DNA of 64,000 nucleotides, from positions 682,001 to 746,000 of the forward strand of contig JAMWBK010000001.1 of the NCBI GenBank assembly GCA_029953675.1, in the 5' to 3' direction. Under the pieces are notes generated by a model. It made no database searches. It worked only from the letters and a program-made list of their open reading frames with translations, and had not been told where the DNA came from. This document shows positions 61,800 to 64,000 of this stretch, one piece after another. Origin of the DNA: Rhodosorus marinus CCMP1338. Its lineage: Eukaryota; Plantae; Rhodophyta. Within the stretch, counting starts at the first letter, position 1. Every line of letters starts with the position of its first letter. The position numbers were made by a program, and so were the translations under genes.

Positions 61800-64000
61800 A
61801 TGCTTGGCTTTGGGTTGGTTCGATCCTTTGTCGGGGTTGGATCGCCATGCACGAGCGCGACGCTGCTCAGAAATGGAAGGAGAAAGCATGTACGGCTTGG
61901 ATCCGGGATCAAGATGACAGCCGTGAGCTCAGCCAAGTTCTCATCGTCTGACACTTCTGAGAAACCGGTTTCGAAGGACGTGCTTTCTTTTCAGGAGGCC
62001 ATCTCCCGGCTCCAAAAGTACTGGGCGGACAAGGGATGTATAGTTTGGCATCCTTACAACCACGAGGTGGGAGCTGGTACAATGAACCCTGCGACCTTTC
62101 TCCGAGTTTTGGGACCTGAGCCATGGTCTGTGGCTTACGATGAGCCGTCAGTACGTCCTGACGATTCAAGATACGGCGAGAACCCAAATCGAGTCCAACG
62201 ACATACGCAGTTTCAGGTGATCATGAAACCTGCTCCCAGAAACTGCCAGGAGCTCCTGCTCGGATCTTTTCAAGTTCTAGGAATAGACACCGCAGCTCAC
62301 GACGTGCGATTCGTAGAAGACAACTGGGAGTCACCAGCTCTTGGGGCTTGGGGCCTCGGCTGGGAGGTCTGGCTCGACGGCATGGAGGTGACTCAGTTCA
62401 CGTACTTCCAGCAAGCAGGGGGTTACACCTGTGACCCTGTATCACTGGAAATTACCTACGGACTGGAAAGAATTATGATGTCGCTGCAGAATAAGAACCA
62501 CTTCAAGGATATCGTTTTTTCTCCTGGTGGAATTAGCTATGGAGACATTTTTATGCAGAACGAAGTTGAGATGAGTACGTACAACATGGACAAGGCCAAT
62601 GTTGAGAGAAACCAAATCCTCTTCGATGCCTATGAGAAGGTTTGCATGAGGGAGAAACAACACTGTGCTTTGCCATTGACTTGCTGCAATTCCACGGCGC
62701 TGAAGCCCACCTTGCCATACAATCACAACCCGTAGGAAGCCCTTGATATGATAGAGAGTCGACTTCCCGTTCCTGCCTACAACTACTTGCTCAAAGCGAG
62801 CCATACGTTCAACATTCTCGACGCAAGAGGTGCGGTTGGAGTAACTGAAAGAGCAGCGTACGTGACACCAGTCGAATATGTCGAGTTGCTTTCTCGCGCT
62901 GGGTTGTAGACGATGACTCTTAACAAACTCTTATTGCCCCATGCATGATTCTTTATAGTTTCTTCAGGCGAATGAGAAACCTGGCCAGAGAAGTTTCGGG
63001 CTTATGGTATGATCGGCGCAAGGAGCTTGGCTTCCCGCTCCTGTCCCCCGAAAGTGACTCCAAGGAACCGGTTCGTTGGGGCTCCTCCTGAATCTTGTTT
63101 AGAATCTTTATTAGGATATCTCATCTCTTACAAGAAACGTCGCCTGGGCCAATTCTTCAGGAGATTCCTAGAAAGGAATGGCAGCTGATGGCCGAAGTAG
63201 TTCCGTTTATCCTTGAGATTGGGACGGAGGAGCTGCCCGCAGATGATGTAGACCATGCAATCACTCAGGTAAGCTATGGCTCGGCTATACGGGTGCGAGC
63301 AAGTGGAGATTGAGATTGGTCGCTTCCCGTGCTTTGTTTGCGTAGTTTGAGCGGCACTTGAAAGAGCTACTGGTATCGAGTGGACTAAGCCACGGATCGT
63401 TCAAGGCCTTTGCAACGCCGAGAAGACTTGTCGCGGTTATTGACGATCTCGCCTCCAGTCAAGCGGATTCTGAAGAAGAGGTGTGTAATTGCTGAATTGT
63501 TGAATAGAAAAGGGTAAAAGCTTAACCCTAAGAGGCACGTCCTCTTCATCCGCCGCCTCCATAGGTCAAAGGCCCCCCGCGGAAGATAGCTGTGGACGAG
63601 CATGGGGAGTTAACAAAGGCAGCGCTCGGCTTTTGTAAGAAGAACGGGGTTGACCCGGCGGATGTTGAATGGCGAGACTTAAAGGTAGGCTTCAAGTCAT
63701 CATTTTCCACCCGTTTAAGGGACGTAGAGATAGTTTCGAAACGCTTACCGAAGGTGGCAATTGTAAACGCGTTCCTGCTTTCCAGGGTCAGAGCTACCTC
63801 TACGCGACGGTCAAGACGAAAGGCAGGCACGCAGGAGAGATCCTAGCTGAATGTCTTCCATCCGTTATCTCAAAGATTGGGTTCGTGAAGACCATGCGTT
63901 GGAACGCCTCGGGAACGGCATTTTCGAGACCGATAAGGTAATTAAGTGCCGCAATCTGCGCAACTGTCACGTCTTTCTCGAGGAGTAGTTCGGCCCAGGC
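61800..64000 (+). CDS. glyQS: Organellar glycine--tRNA ligase, fused alpha+beta (GlyQS type), truncated by window end
   Basis: Transit peptide; [77 protein letters not shown]; beta part [20 protein letters not shown] in downstream exons. Confidence 0.95.

Overview
Eukaryotic nuclear DNA, most likely from a red alga. This is an inference from the gene content (fused organellar GlyRS, plastid-type transit peptides on DUF1350 and DUF3067 proteins, endonuclease IV, MMAB) and from short GT-AG introns of about 70-110 nt. I can support about 18 protein-coding genes plus one tentative orphan: TPI (cut by the left edge), DUR3, SERRATE/ARS2, a PH-domain CaMK-like kinase with a hyper-acidic repeat tail, APN1, eIF3g, SURF1, DUF1350 hydrolase, a stand-alone tandem CBM25-like protein, a Sororin-like protein, IMP1, TUL1/FLY-type RING ligase, SAPS-domain protein, FBXO31-like F-box protein, MMAB, DUF3067, an ARM-repeat protein and GlyRS (cut by the right edge). 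Intergenic DNA holds decayed Copia and Gypsy retroelement fragments (mainly 2.6-7.3 kb and 35.5-35.9 kb), several decayed local duplications (including two inverted copies of SURF1 exon 3) and a U2-snRNA-like relic. No rRNA, convincing tRNA or CRISPR array was seen. Best leads: the Sororin candidate, the catalytic-domain-free double carbohydrate-binding-module protein, and the inverted SURF1 copies. All family assignments come from motif recall and hand translation, with no database search. Exon boundaries were read by eye; some internal ones are unresolved.
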